A DNA stretch of 63,435 nt, filler included, from Octopus bimaculoides (lineage: Eukaryota): the NCBI RefSeq assembly GCF_001194135.2. It is 6 parts of 6 records of this genome, joined end to end, with 100 filler letters (N's around TTAATTAATTAA, not from the genome) between each part and the next. Parts side by side here need not be neighbours in the genome. Positions count along the whole stretch, not along the records: positions 1 to 10,623 come from NC_069000.1; positions 10,724 to 34,840 come from NC_068988.1; 4 more parts are not named here. The stretch is one strand, 5' to 3'. Shown piece after piece: positions 1 through 13,109 of the stretch. How positions within the stretch are numbered: position 1 is the stretch's first letter; each line of letters opens with the position of its first letter. Under the pieces are notes generated by a model. The model searched no databases. It saw only the letters and a program-made list of their open reading frames with translations, and was not told the DNA's origin. A program made the translations under genes and the position numbers.

Positions 1-243
1 GGCTTGTGCGGGTGGCACATAAAAGACACCATTTCGAGCGTGGCCGTTTTCGTGCGGGTGACACGTAAAAGCACCCACTACACTCTCTGAGTGGTTGGCG
101 TTAGGAAGGGCATCCAGCTGTAGAAACTCTGCCAAATCAGACTGGAGCCTGGTGTTGCCATCCGGTTTCACCAGTCCTCGGTCAAATCGTCCAACCCATG
201 CTAGCATGGAAAGCGGACGTTAAACGATGATGATGATGATGAT
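1..243 (+). mobile_element. SINE family C (Octopus OK-like), 3' part
   Basis: taaaagcaccc...gttggcgttaggaagggcatccagctgtagaaac...ccaacccatgctagcatggaaagcggacgttaaac followed by a (GAT)n tail; homologous to the minus-strand copy at 37325-37815. Confidence 0.85.
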
Positions 244-390
244 GATATATATATATATATTTAATATATATATATATATTTAATATCTATGCAGCTTGAA
301 GACTTGAAGTTTTGTTGATTCATCAAACAAATTTATCTTAATAGATGTATGCATGTATGTATGTATATATATATATATACATATATATAT

Positions 391-800
391 GATGGCTGCC
401 CCTTCATTATTGAGTATGGCCATTGCACGAAGCTTAGCTTAACGGTGCTGTGATGGAATGTGACTTTTTAGCCCAGCCAAAAATCTACAATGTCTTGCAT
501 AGAGTTGGCATCCAAAACCTTTACTGGCAATAGCTGGCTGTTGTTGTAATTGGGCTCCATGTACCTTTGCGTGTCGTTTAAGTCCTCCTGCTGAATCACA
601 CTCCCTTCCACATGCCCGACAGACATGACTAGTATGGTGTGTAGCATCATCACCAGCGGCCTGGTAAGTCAATCATCGGACTTGCTTTATGACTACGAAG
701 ATGACTCATGAGTCCAGCTTTACTGAGGCACGGTCTTGCACAGACACTGCATGTCAGTGTCATAGGAAGAGCCTTACCATCTGGAAGTGCAACAACAATA
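391..800 (-). mobile_element. RTE-clade LINE 3' fragment with two terminal C2H2-like motifs
   Basis: ORF 439..672 ends HVCRACGRECDSAGGLKRHAKVH...CQLYARHCRFLAGLKSHIPSQH*, then a short tail tggccatactc...gcagccatc plus (AT)n; same layout at 10885-11205. Confidence 0.65.
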
Positions 801-817
801 TATATATGCATATTGTT

Positions 818-1020
818 TAGCTTTTACTTGTTTCAGTCATTTGACTGCAGCCATGCTTGAAGGGTCTTTAAGTCAAACAAATCAACCATAGGACTTTTTT
901 TAAAAGCCTAGTACTTATTTTATTGGTCTATTTTAGTGAACAGCTAAGTTACGGGGACATAAACCCACCAACACCGGTTGCCAAGCAGTGATTGGGGACA
1001 AACACACACACACAAACAGA
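818..1020 (-). mobile_element. SINE family A (OR-like tRNA SINE), 3' half
   Basis: Reverse complement of the tail ...agcatggctgcagtcaaatgactgaaacaagtaaaag and of tccccgtaacttagc; CpG-decayed. Confidence 0.85.
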
Positions 1021-1289
1021 CACGCACATGTAGATATATACATATATATACACATGCTCATACATGTACACATGCACACACACACACACACACATACCAA
1101 CATATACATATATATATATACATCACCATCATTTATCATCTGTTGTCCATGCTGGCATGGGTTGGACAGTTTGACATGTGTGTATGTTTATGTATGCATA
1201 TATGTATGTTCATGTGTGTGTGTGTGTGTATGCATATGTGAGTGTGCGTATGTTTGTGTTTCCTTGTCTTCACATCACATGATAGTTGT

Positions 1290-1520
1290 AAATGAGTGTC
1301 ACTGCCATACAAGCAGTGTCGTTCATTTCCTTGAATAAAACATGTATTACTGTGAGGAAGTATTACCTTGCTAGGAAACAGGTGAGGGTTCGTGACAGAA
1401 GGGGCATCCAGCTACAGAAAATCTGTCTCAAAAAAATTTGTCTAACCCATGTAAGCTTGGAAAAAATGGTCATTAAAATGATGATGATGATGATGATGAT
1501 GATGATTATGATGATTATGA
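1290..1520 (+). mobile_element. Old SINE fragment with family C-type 3' tail
   Basis: gaaggggcatccagctacagaaaatctg...ctaacccatgtaagcttggaaaaaatggtcattaaaa(tga)n matches the tail at 105-243. Confidence 0.7.
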
Positions 1521-1550
1521 TATATGCATGCATATGTGTGTATGTGTGTG

Positions 1551-1595
<45 letters not shown>

Positions 1596-2014
1596 NNNNN
1601 NNNNNNNNNNNNNNNNNNNNNNNNNNNNNNNNNNNNNNNNNNNNNNNNNNNNNNNNNNNNNNNNNNNNNNNNNNNNNNNNNNNNNNNNNNNNNNNNNNNN
1701 NNNNNNNNNNNNNNNNNNNNNNNNNNNNNNNNNNNNNNNNNNNNNNNNNNNNNNNNNNNNNNNNNNNNNNNNNNNNNNNNNNNNNNNNNNNNNNNNNNNN
1801 NNNNNNNNNNNNNNNNNNNNNNNNNNNNNNNNNNNNNNNNNNNNNNNNNNNNNNNNNNNNNNNNNNNNNNNNNNNNNNNNNNNNNNNNNNNNNNNNNNNN
1901 NNNNNNNNNNNNNNNNNNNNNNNNNNNNNNNNNNNNNNNNNNNNNNNNNNNNNNNNNNNNNNNNNNNNNNNNNNNNNNNNNNNNNNNNNNNNNNNNNNNN
2001 NNNNNNNNNNNNNN

Positions 2015-2165
2015 GTTTACGTCCCCGTAACTTAGCGATTCGGCAAAAGAGATTGATAGAATAAGTACTAGGCTTCCAAAGAATAAGTCCTGGGGTCGAT
2101 TTGCTCGACTAAAGGTGGTGCTCCAGCATGGCTGCAGTCAAATGATTGAAACAAGTAAAAAAGAG
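2015..2165 (+). mobile_element. SINE family A, 3' half (5' part in gap)
   Basis: gtttacgtccccgtaacttagcg...ggggtcgatttgctcgactaaaggtggtgctccagcatggctgcagtcaaatgattgaaacaagtaaaa; near-identical to 41440-41590. Confidence 0.9.
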
Positions 2166-2973
2166 AATAGGTATAACACACGCATGCACACACATGCACA
2201 CACAGAACACATACAAACACACACACGCGCACACACACATGCACACATACACACACATGCATACACTTCCACACACACACACACACACACACACACAGCC
2301 ACACACACACACAGCCACACACACACACACACAGCCACACACACATACCGACCATCTTCACACTTTCCTGTCCCAGAAAGCACTTTCTCTTTGTCCTTCT
2401 ACTTCTGGTCACTTCAAAAATGTAACTGTACGTGGATTATTGGTGACTTTTTCCTTCTTTTTTTTCTTCTTAGATTTTCCTATTTTTCCTGCTTCCAAAG
2501 AAGTGCTATGCTCAAAACATAAACCAACTACTCTTTTCCTTCTCCGAGTGTCATATTAATACTTTGCTTGTCCTCAAATTTGTTTTTCTTTTTTCCCTTT
2601 TTTCCCTTTTTTCTGTTCTTTTGAATTAACTATATACATATACATATATATATGTACATATATGTATATATATATATCTAATGCATACATATGTGTATCT
2701 GTGTACATGTGTGTGTATGTGTGTACATGTGTGCATGTGCATGTGTGTGTGCACATGTATGCATGCATATGTAAGCATGTGTTTGTGTGCACGGATATGT
2801 GTGCATGCACATGTGTGTATGTGTCAAGGTAACTTCCTTGCCATAAAGATTATAAATATTTCACAACTAGAAGTAATTTAGCATTCACGTACACACACAC
2901 ACTCATACCCCCACACACACATACAGTAATTAAATTGGAACATATTCTAATTAGAAATAGAATCATCCCATTA

Positions 2974-3038
<65 letters not shown>

Positions 3039-3876
3039 GTATTTGTTGTTACTCTTTCTTGTCATTTCTTTTCAATGCTTCAGCATCACTAGAATTTTTT
3101 TTTTTACTGAAACATAAAACAAAAAAAACACCAGTTTGCTTCACTAAAAATCTAATTTTACTATCAAGAATTTTCTTCTTGCAAAGTTAAGCTTATTATT
3201 GTAATGTAATGAGGCAACATTTTGTAGACATATACACAAGCACACATACACACACACACATACACACAAACTGACATATGCATAAACAAACACACACATA
3301 TGCACATACAAACTTTTTGTATGCATGCATATATGTTTGTGTTCATTTCTGTATGTGTGTGCATGTGGATTTGTGAGAACTTGTGCATGCTGTATATCTG
3401 TATATAAATGCACACACACACACACACATATGTGCATGTATGTGTGTGTGAGTGTGTGTGCAAATGTATTTTTAATTATTTGAAATCTTCCTGTGAAGAA
3501 TGAGCCGTTTCTAGCAAAGATACAAACCTCCATCATTGGAATGTAGATAACGAAAACAGGTTCACATTTTGAATTTGTGTAAAGTCTTGCATATCTTTAC
3601 TGTTCCATGTACAGATAATATCCATAATGTGCAGATTAGCTGGTTGATTTGTTTTTCTGAAAACCCCATCTTTATTGAATTTCATTTAGGTATTTACTCA
3701 CTAAACAAAGTACTCCAATTATTATTGGTATAAGTGTCAATTTAGAATCTGTGTATAGAAGCTGGAGGTTTCAAAACAGTTAGTCATAGTTATTCTCTAG
3801 TGTGTACATCATAAATGTGTTTGTGTGTGTATAATGTGTGTGTGTGTGTGCGAATGTATGTATGTATATATTGTCA

Positions 3877-4145
3877 TGGCACTCTGTCGATTATGACGAC
3901 GAGGATTCCAGTTGATCTGATCGACAGAACAGCCTGCTCATGAAATTAACGTAGTTCTCAGGGAGATTCAGCGTGACACAGTGTGACAAGGCTGGCCCTT
4001 TTGAAATACAGGTACAACAGAAACAGGAAGAAAGAGCTTTAGGTGTTTTCGCTCAATACACACTCACAACACCCGGTCTGGGAATCGAAACCATGATCCT
4101 ACGACTGCAAGTCCGCTGCATTAATCACTGGGTCATTGCGCCTCC
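3877..4145 (-). mobile_element. Ceph-domain SINE with two internal deletions
   Basis: tRNA-like head on the minus strand (ggaggcgcaatgacccagtg...gtttcgattccc) and the gtgtcacgctgaatctccctgagaactacg...gcaggctgtt core; collinear with 53387-53765. Confidence 0.85.
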
Positions 4146-4619
4146 ACATGTATATATACACATGTGTGTGTGTGTGTGTGTGTGTGTNNNNNNNNNNNNN
4201 NNNNNNNNNNNNNNNNNNNNNNNNNNNNNNNNNNNNNNNNNNNNNNNNNNNNNNNNNNNNNNNNNNNNNNNNNNNNNNNNNNNNNNNNNNNNNNNNNNNN
4301 NNNNNNNNNNNNNNNNNNNNNNNNNNNNNNNNNNNNNNNNNNNNNNNNNNNNNNNNNNNNNNNNNNNNNNNNNNNNNNNNNNNNNNNNNNNNNNNNNNNN
4401 NNNNNNNNNNNNNNNNNNNNNNNNNNNNNNNNNNNNNNNNNNNNNNNNNNNNNNNNNNNNNNNNNNNNNNNNNNNNNNNNNNNNNNNNNNNNNNNNNNNN
4501 NNNNNNNNNNNNNNNNNNNNNNNNNNNNNNNNNNNNNNNNNNNNNNNNNNNNNNNNNNNNNNNNNNNNNNNNNNNNNNNNNNNNNNNNNNNNNNNNNNNN
4601 NNNNNNNNNNNNNNNNNNN

Positions 4620-5405
4620 GGGATCGTGTATCAGAAAAATTTTAAAAGTGTAAAAAGCAAGATTAGGTTTATCCGTGGAAAGAAAAGCCTACGGAAACGA
4701 CCACGGTAACCTCAGGCAGGGAAGGAATATACACACGAGAGCAAAATGTTCTCTCTCTTTTTTTGATTTACAGGATCATGCTCAAAGTGGTTTTGTCACT
4801 CACATGCACCATCTTTGCTACATTCACCCACCTTTTATTGAAACTTTCATGAGACAAAACTTGTCTCTCTATTCTCACCTTCCTTTTCAAGTGGTACTTG
4901 AAAAAGTTGATGAGCGATTGGCCAGAGAGGTAAGTGTTTGTCTCTAAACCTTTTGCTCAAGTCCATCACTCACATTCTTTCACCATGGCCACCAGTACAA
5001 TGAAGACTTCCTTTTCCTTCCCAGTTAAGGGAAGGTGGCGGAGCAATTTTCATCACAGACTCGGCCAACAGGTGGACTTATTCACACATGACAGCAGCCA
5101 TTCGGCATAAGCCCACAGGTCCGAAATGATTGGACACTGCAAGAGTGCATGCTGAACAGTTTCATCGCTCTGACTGCATCTTGGGCAAGTCGGTCCGGTG
5201 TGTCTCAAACTATGCCTGTAGAGCTTATATCAAACAGGTAATGCTTCTCAATAGCACTGCTAGACCAGGGATCTTTGGTGATTGTCCATAGATCCCAGCC
5301 TGAAAGTTGTCCTGAACAGGCAGGTCAGGTGTTTCCTGTCAACACCCAGATTCTTCCCAAGAACGTCATCGCACTGGGCACTACTCAATGGATTATTGAG
5401 AGAAT
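4620..5405 (-). mobile_element. Tx1/L1-clade LINE: ORF2 C-terminus with CCHC knuckle, plus 3' UTR
   Basis: Minus strand translates (with stops) GPTCPRCSQSDETVQHALLQCPIISDLWAY...LSGQSLINFFKYHLKRKVRIERQVLSHESFNKRWVNVAKMV...SMIL*; stop codon at 4768-4770. Confidence 0.85.
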
Positions 5406-5467
5406 TCAGTCTATTTAAGATGATAGAATGACTTCTAAATTTGTCATCTGAGTTATAAATCTAATCT

Positions 5468-5665
5468 TGCTCCACTCATCCAACGAACCTTATTCCACTC
5501 ATCTAACAAAAGTTAAGCCCACACATCTAACAACTATGCTCCACTCATTTAATAAATATTACTCCACTCATCTAACAAACGACACTCCACTCACCTAACA
5601 CACTTTACTCCACTCAGCCAACAAGCCTTTACTTCACTCATCTATCAAACTTTTACTTTATTCAC
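5468..5665. repeat. Degenerate minisatellite, about 23-bp unit, 8-9 copies
   Basis: Recurring ctccactcatctaacaaa core. Confidence 0.8.
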
Positions 5666-5744
5666 ATCTGAATAGTCATTTGTCAGAGCTATACAACATC
5701 GTTTTCTAGGTTTAGCCAACTACCCTCTCTATTTTTCTGTCTTG

Positions 5745-6605
<861 letters not shown>

Positions 6606-6647
6606 AACAGTACCTAAATATATGTTCAAATAATATTTGTATCTTCT

Positions 6648-7084
6648 AAGGCAGCGAGCTGGCAGAAACATTAGCACACCGGGCGAAATGCTTTGCGGTA
6701 TTTCGTCTGCCGTTATGTTCTGAGTTCAAATTCCACCGAGGTCGACTTTGCCTTTCATCCTTTCGTGGTCGATAAATTAAGTACCAGTTACACACTGGCG
6801 TCGATGTAATCAACTTAATCCCTTTGTCTGTCCTTGTTTGTCCCCTCAGTGTGGAGCCCCTTGTGAGCAATAAAGAAATAAGAAACATTAGCACGCCAGG
6901 CAAAATGCTTAGCAGTATTTCGTCTGTCTTTTAGTTCTGAGTTCAAATTCTACCAAGATCAACTTTGCCTTTCACTCTTTCAGGGTCGGCAAATTAAGTA
7001 CCAGTTGCATTCTGGGATCGATCTAATCGACTGCCCTCCTCCCCCAAAATTTCAGGCCTTGTGCCTAGAGTAGAAAAGAATATT
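6648..7084 (+). mobile_element. SINE family B, dimeric, with Meta-like central domain
   Basis: aaggcagcgagctggcagaaacattagc...gttcaaattcc..gaggtcgactttgcctttcatcctttcg.ggtcgataaattaagtacca occurs twice in tandem; same dimer at 58224-58518 (-). Confidence 0.85.
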
Positions 7085-7096
7085 TGTGTGTTCTTG

Positions 7097-7305
7097 AAGG
7101 CAGCGAGCTGGCAGAATCATTGGCACACCAGGCAAAATACTCAGTGGAATTTCATCCTTCGTCACATTCTAAGTTCAAATTCCAATGAGGTCAACTTTGC
7201 CTTCCATCATTTCGGGGTCAATAAAATAAGTACCAATTGAATACTGGAGTTGATGTGATCAACTTACCCCATCCCATTGCTGGCCTTGTGCCAAAGTTTG
7301 AACTC
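7097..7305 (+). mobile_element. SINE family B monomer with 14-bp flanking direct repeat
   Basis: Same head and core as 6648; aatatttgtgtgtt at 7079-7092 and 7306-7319. Confidence 0.8.
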
Positions 7306-7333
7306 AATATTTGTGTGTTTCATAATACCTTAG

Positions 7334-7484
7334 ATCAGAGGAGAACCACTAAAGATGTTTACCTTCCAAGAGAGTATCTAGAGTATATAAGCATAAAAGA
7401 AGACATCGCTCCTCTCTTCCAAGCTCATCAGTACCAAACAAAGAAACACTCATCAATTTTAGAGTGTTGCCTCTGCTTACATTG
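7334..7484 (+). CDS. Candidate internal coding exon of an unidentified gene (151 nt, phase 1 to 2)
   Basis: ccttag|AT...TG|gtaaac; open frame (D)QRRTTKDVYLPREYLEYISIKEDIAPLFQAHQYQTKKHSSILECCLCLH(W); no homologue recognised. Confidence 0.3.
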
Positions 7485-7532
7485 GTAAACTATAACACCT
7501 CATATTATCTGTTGTTACTGTTTAACCTCAGT

Positions 7533-7860
7533 GAAGGTACATGGTTTAGTGTTTAGGGCATTTGGCTCATGATCATAAGGTTGTGAGTTTAATTCCTGGT
7601 GGCATGTTGTGTCTTTGAGCAAGACACTTGTTTTTTTATCATGCTGCTTCAGTCCACTCAGCTGGAAAAAACAAGTTAGTACCTGTATTTCAAATGGTCA
7701 ACCTTGTCACATTCTGTGTTACATTGAATCTACCCAAAAACTATATTAATGGCATGTGTACCTGTGGAGTACTTAGCCACTCGCATGTTAATTTCATGAG
7801 CAGACTGTGCCATTGATCAGATCACCTGAAATACTTGTTGTCATCACCAATTGAGTGCCA
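7533..7860 (+). mobile_element. Old, strongly CpG-decayed Ceph-domain SINE
   Basis: catgttaatttcatgagcagactgtgccattgatcagatc corresponds to cacattaatttcacgagcaggctgttccgttgatcgaatc of the 53.4-kb copy (reverse complement), with CG replaced by TG/CA. Confidence 0.8.
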
Positions 7861-8022
7861 GTATTAGCCTCTGGTCAAACCTGGTCAATCACTTTTAATC
7901 AAAAGTCTTTCAGCTGCAACCATTCTGTAAGTATATCTAGAACTACATTGACATATGTGTTCTTCTTTATTTTTATTAAAATGGTAGAATGAATTTGACT
8001 ATTATTTTTTTTCACATTACAG

Positions 8023-8137
8023 GAATTTGAAGTTGTCAAGATATGTTTCAGGTTTATACTATGACAGTGCACCAACAAAAACCCTCTCCTTAGTGAGACA
8101 ACTACAAGTGAAATATTTAAGACATGATTCAAAGTAG
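8023..8137 (+). CDS. Candidate terminal coding exon, phase-compatible with 7334-7484
   Basis: Strong acceptor tttgactattatttttttttcacattacag|G; frame continues WNLKLSRYVSGLYYDSAPTKTLSLVRQLQVKYLRHDSK*. Confidence 0.3.
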
Positions 8138-9554
8138 ACTATCTCTGGTCTTTTCACTTGTATCCATCATACAATATTTTTTTTTTACCACTAGTGCTAC
8201 CATACCTGTAGAGTTTATCAGAAACTCAGTTTGCTCGCTGGTACAATTGCCAGATAAAAAAATTGTTGGATGTTGTCCAAAGTATCTGAGCTCACAAGTT
8301 TTGGAATAGGGTAGCTAATTGATTTTCAAGAATACACAGACTCCTTGAGAACATTGTCACTCTTGTTCACCACTAGCCTTTTATATAATACAAGGTTTGA
8401 CATATCATTAGCCCAATTTGCCTGACAGTAAAGAACTGCAAGTGCTTGGCAAATTGCAGAAGCTAAGCACCCAATATTGGCTTTTGCTTATGCAAGACTA
8501 CAGCTCTGTCAAAGAGCTGTGAGGAGACATGCTTCACAAATGAAGACCATACATCCTCAGTATCTAGAATCTCTACAGATGCCACAGCCTCAAGGCATGT
8601 GTATGCATCATCAGCTGAGCTCCCCACATGTGTGGTTTTGACAGTAGATAGACCTTCTAACATGTGGAATTTGTCACTTTCACAAAAAATGAATGTGAAA
8701 ATACCTCAGCTTCATTAGATGAAAAGTAGAACAAAGTACAACACTCATGAAGTAATAAGTAGAAAGGTAATATATATTGCCTGAGTTTTCAAGGAGAGCT
8801 TGCTCTCAGCCTATTTTGGTTGAAACCAACCAGCCTGCTCATAAACTTCTCTCAGTTCTTAACCTTCTCAAAGCAGACTCAAAGTATATTAACAGAACCT
8901 TTGAACCAGCAATCTACAACACTGGCCAGTGTAATTGCTTCACCTTATCACAGCTAAAGAGTGCTCCTTTTACCACCTCTGTTCCTTTAGTACAGTGCCA
9001 GCCACTTCAATTTCCATAGGTCCAACAACAATAATAATAATAGCACCATAGCAAGAAACTGAGAGTAGTTTTCCCTAAATTAAAATGGTTGTAAATAATG
9101 TTGCGTCGGAAGCAAGTTGAAAGAGCTATAACAGAATAATATGTAAATAAAATGAGTTGGAGAGACGCCAGCACCACACTTAAATCTCTTCACTACAATT
9201 CACCAGAGTATGCCTTTGATAAATTGCCATTTTGATCTGCCACAATTTGTATAGTGATCATTCATGTATCACATATTATCTATCAGATAAATAAATTTTC
9301 AGAAAAATAGGAGAAAGATAAGGAAAAGGAAGGAGAAGAGAGGAGAGAATGTGTTATGTTTCGATGTTGTTATTTTACTGTTTGTTGTTTTGTGTATATT
9401 TTGTTATATTTTTAGTGTTTCTCCCTGATTCATGGCAACCATTTTAGTCAAGTTGCTTATGTCTATATTGTAATTTTTGGTGAGTTTTTGTTTATAAATT
9501 TTTGTTTTTGTTTTTTGCCGTGGAGTGTGTAAGGGGCAATGTCAAAGAGAGGGT

Positions 9555-9815
9555 AGTTGATTGGTCAGTTGGTCAGTTGATCAGTTGGTTGGTTAGTTGG
9601 TTGGTTGGCTGGTTGGTTGGCTAGTTGGCTGGCTGATTGATTGGTTGGTTGGCTGGCTGGCTAGTTGGTTGGTTGTGTAGCTGGTCGGTTGGTTGGTTGG
9701 TTGGCTGGTTGGTTGATTGATTGTTGGCTAGTTGGCTGGCTGATTGGTTGGTTGGTTGGTTGGTTGGTTGGTTGGTTGTCTAGCTGGTCGGTTGGTTGGT
9801 TGGCTGGTTGGTTAT
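9555..9815. repeat. (GGTT/GGCT/AGTT)n compound tetranucleotide repeat
   Basis: Direct inspection. Confidence 0.95.
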
Positions 9816-10134
9816 GCCTCAAGGCTTGTGAGTTTTGTCAGTTTGATGGAAGGTTTTGAGGGTTTTATGTTTTCTGATTCTTTTGCAGGCTACATTTCTG
9901 TGATTTTCGTGTCTCACACAGACACACACATACATATTTATACATGCTTACAAATATCCACATGCATGAAGATATATATATATGACATTTATAATGAACA
10001 AGACAAAAAGTACTCCATACATGAATGATATATTATATGATTATTTATTGGGCTGTCCACTACAGATGAACTCGGTTGTCTAACAAACTGACATTTGTAA
10101 AACCTTAGGCAACAATAGAAGACTTCAACTAAAG

Positions 10135-10195
<61 letters not shown>

Positions 10196-10568
10196 GTCTG
10201 CCAAAAACCTGTATGCTCACTTCAGGAAAGGAAAAATTTATACAAATATTTTAATTCAGTATCATTGCAATTTATTCAATGTTATCATTATCTAATAAAA
10301 CATTGTAAGAATTATTTATATTTACAGAAGTACTTATACAAGTCAAATATTTATACAGATTTTTTTTTCCTTTCTTGAAGTGTGTATACATTTTTCGGGT
10401 GAATTCTACCAGTATTGCTTGGGCTGACCTAGCAGAGGTAAGAAGACGTTTTTAATGTTCACTGGAATTTTTTCCTACCATGCCTGTATTAGATTTGTAA
10501 CTATTCCTGTGGTACAGAAGTAGTTTTGACTTCTATTTTTAGTAATGTAGGTGCTCATGTGGTGCCTT

Positions 10569-10614
<46 letters not shown>

Positions 10615-10667
10615 AGTATGAAGNNNNNNNNNNNNNNNNNNNNNNNNNNNNNNNNNNNNNNNNNNNN

Positions 10668-10679
10668 TTAATTAATTAA
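10668..10679. other. Artificial scaffolding spacer TTAATTAATTAA inside a 100-base N gap (also 34885, 45782, 55031, 60487)
   Basis: Identical 12-mer, palindromic with stops in all six frames, centred between 44-N flanks five times. Confidence 0.95.
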
Positions 10680-10782
10680 NNNNNNNNNNNNNNNNNNNNN
10701 NNNNNNNNNNNNNNNNNNNNNNNATACCATTTTTGTATCACCTAACTGTCCGGATGTTTTGCGTTCTTGTCCCATTTTGTAT

Positions 10783-10814
<32 letters not shown>

Positions 10815-10884
10815 CACACACACACGCAAACACACATATATACACACGTACAAAATTATACATATCACGATATAAATATGCATA

Positions 10885-11205
10885 CCTACATGTATATATG
10901 GTGGTTGTCTACTTCTTATACAGAGTTTGACCACCTCCTGTACCTACACCTTAGAACCATGATGGCATCTGATGTGTGTTTTTAAACTAGACGTTGTTCT
11001 GAAAAGACACCTACACAGATTGCACCTCCGATTTGGACCTGCAAGAGCTGCCGATAAGTTCTGCTCTTTGTGGATCTTAAAATGTCTTTTGAGGCCTCCG
11101 TTGGATTTGCAAACCTTCTGGCATACACTGCATTCAAAGGTGTGCACAGACATATAGGCAGAACAGTTGGTGGAAGTTCGATATCCATGCGTTCGCAGAT
11201 GAGAT
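10885..11205 (-). mobile_element. RTE-clade LINE 3' fragment with two terminal C2H2-like motifs
   Basis: FECSVCQKVCKSNGGLKRHFKIH...CNLCRCLFRTTSSLKTHIRCHH...*, then tail ggtggtcaaactctg...gacaaccacc(ata). Confidence 0.65.
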
Positions 11206-11451
11206 TTGCTACATGTATATATATATATGCACACATACACGTATACATAAAGTTATACATCAAATATAGACAACCATATATATATATACACACACATACA
11301 CATAAGCACTCATACGCACACATTTACATATAAGTACACATACACACGCCCCATACATACATACATTGAAACATACATACATTCACACATACACACATAC
11401 ACAGACATATACACACACATACAGGCACATATATACGCACACATACATACA

Positions 11452-11482
<31 letters not shown>

Positions 11483-12613
11483 GTACATACATATGATCAT
11501 ACATACACACATACATATATACATAGACATGCATACACACATACAGATGCATACATACATACATACATTTTGAAATAAACTGAATAATGCCATGCATACA
11601 TACATACATACACACATACATACACACATACATACAAGCATTCATACACACACACGCGCGCGCACACACACACCCACACCTCCTATCTATTAAAGATAAC
11701 ATTCCTCTCCACAGCAGCAGTGGTTTTTATCAAACTAAACTTTCAACGCAGCCAATTCTTCTTCACTTCCCACCCTCTCCCTCCCACCCATCTCCACAAA
11801 CTTAATTCTTCTTTTCCTTCTTCCATTCTTCTTCGTTTTCTTCTTTCTTCTTGTCTTTCGTTTTCTACTTCTTTCTACTTCTTTCTCTTCAGTCTTTCTT
11901 CAATACCTCAATTCTTCTTCTTCTTCTTCTTCTTCCATCTCCTTCTTTCCACTTGCTCCTCCTCCTTCTCCTCTTCCTCCTTTTCCTCTTCCTCTTTCTC
12001 CTTCTTCTCCCCCTTCCTCTTCCTCCTTCTCCTTTTCCTTCTCTTCCTCCTTCAATTCTTGTTGTTGTTCCTTCCTCTTCTTCCTTTCTTCCTCTTCCAC
12101 TTCTTCCTTTTCGTCTTCTTCGTCCTCCTCTACTTCTTCCTTTTCTTCTTCATCCTCCTCTTCTACTTCTTCTCCTCATAACCACCACCACCACCACCAC
12201 CACCACTACTACTATTCATTCTTCTTTCATCTTGCTTCTCTTTCTTCTCACCTCCTCCTCTTCCTCTTCCTCCCCGTCCCTCCCCCTTCCTCCCTCTTCC
12301 TCCTTCCTGTATTGTTTGTCTTCGTCTTCTTTTGGAAAATTTCTTCGCCATTTCTGTTGTCATCGCAATTTTGACAACAGCAGCAGCAGCACCGGTAGCA
12401 GTCGCGGTGACAGTCACTCTCCATACACACGCACCCTTGCCACTAACAATCATCATCCTCGTCATCATCATCGTCATCGTCGTCGCCATTTTCCTTGTCA
12501 TTAGCAAATGGCATCCATACAACCAGTTATGACACGGCAGTAGCAGCCGGAACTGCAGTAATAGGTGTATGCAATCATCATCATCGTCATCATCATCATC
12601 ATCATCATCATCA

Positions 12614-12669
<56 letters not shown>

Positions 12670-12854
12670 CATAAGCAGCAGCAGATTACTACTTATACCC
12701 ACACCCGTACCCTAACCCATACCCGCTTTGCGCGACGCACAACCACTTTTCATCAGAATCGCAATGCCACCAACCGTCACCTCCACCACCACCACCACCT
12801 CAACTACTTCTATCTTCCGCTATCTTCATCTCCATCTTCATCATCTTCACCACA

Positions 12855-12899
<45 letters not shown>

Positions 12900-13109
12900 T
12901 TCGTCACCACCACCGTTACCACCACCGCCGCCATTATTCTCCTCATCATCTTCACCACATTCATCATCATCATCGTCGTCATCATCATCATCATCATCAT
13001 CATCATCACAGAAGCACCATCAGCAGCAGCACCAGCACCAGTGCCATCATCATCATCGTCAATGACAACGACCACAACAACATCAATAATGCCGCATAAG
13101 TGGTACCTC

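Noticed and set aside
439-672. C2H2 zinc-finger host gene (also 10944..11240)
   Set aside because: Short, no splice or linker (TGEKP) context, and followed by an RTE-like tail; better explained as LINE 3' ends
4675-4947. ORF 4675..4947 as a host coding exon
   Set aside because: The opposite strand is a continuous Tx1/L1 ORF2 C-terminus; kept only as an exonisation candidate
5092-5420. Long + frame (VRNDWTLQEC...) with apparent splice sites
   Set aside because: It is the antisense shadow of the Tx1 zinc-knuckle coding region
5468-5665. CRISPR-like repeat-spacer appearance
   Set aside because: Animal DNA, degenerate units, no unique spacers of constant length and no cas genes
7385-7430. Minus-strand CTGATGA-GCTT...GAGC-GATG hammerhead near-match
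   Set aside because: GAAA core is GATG, and there is no stem III or cleavage triplet
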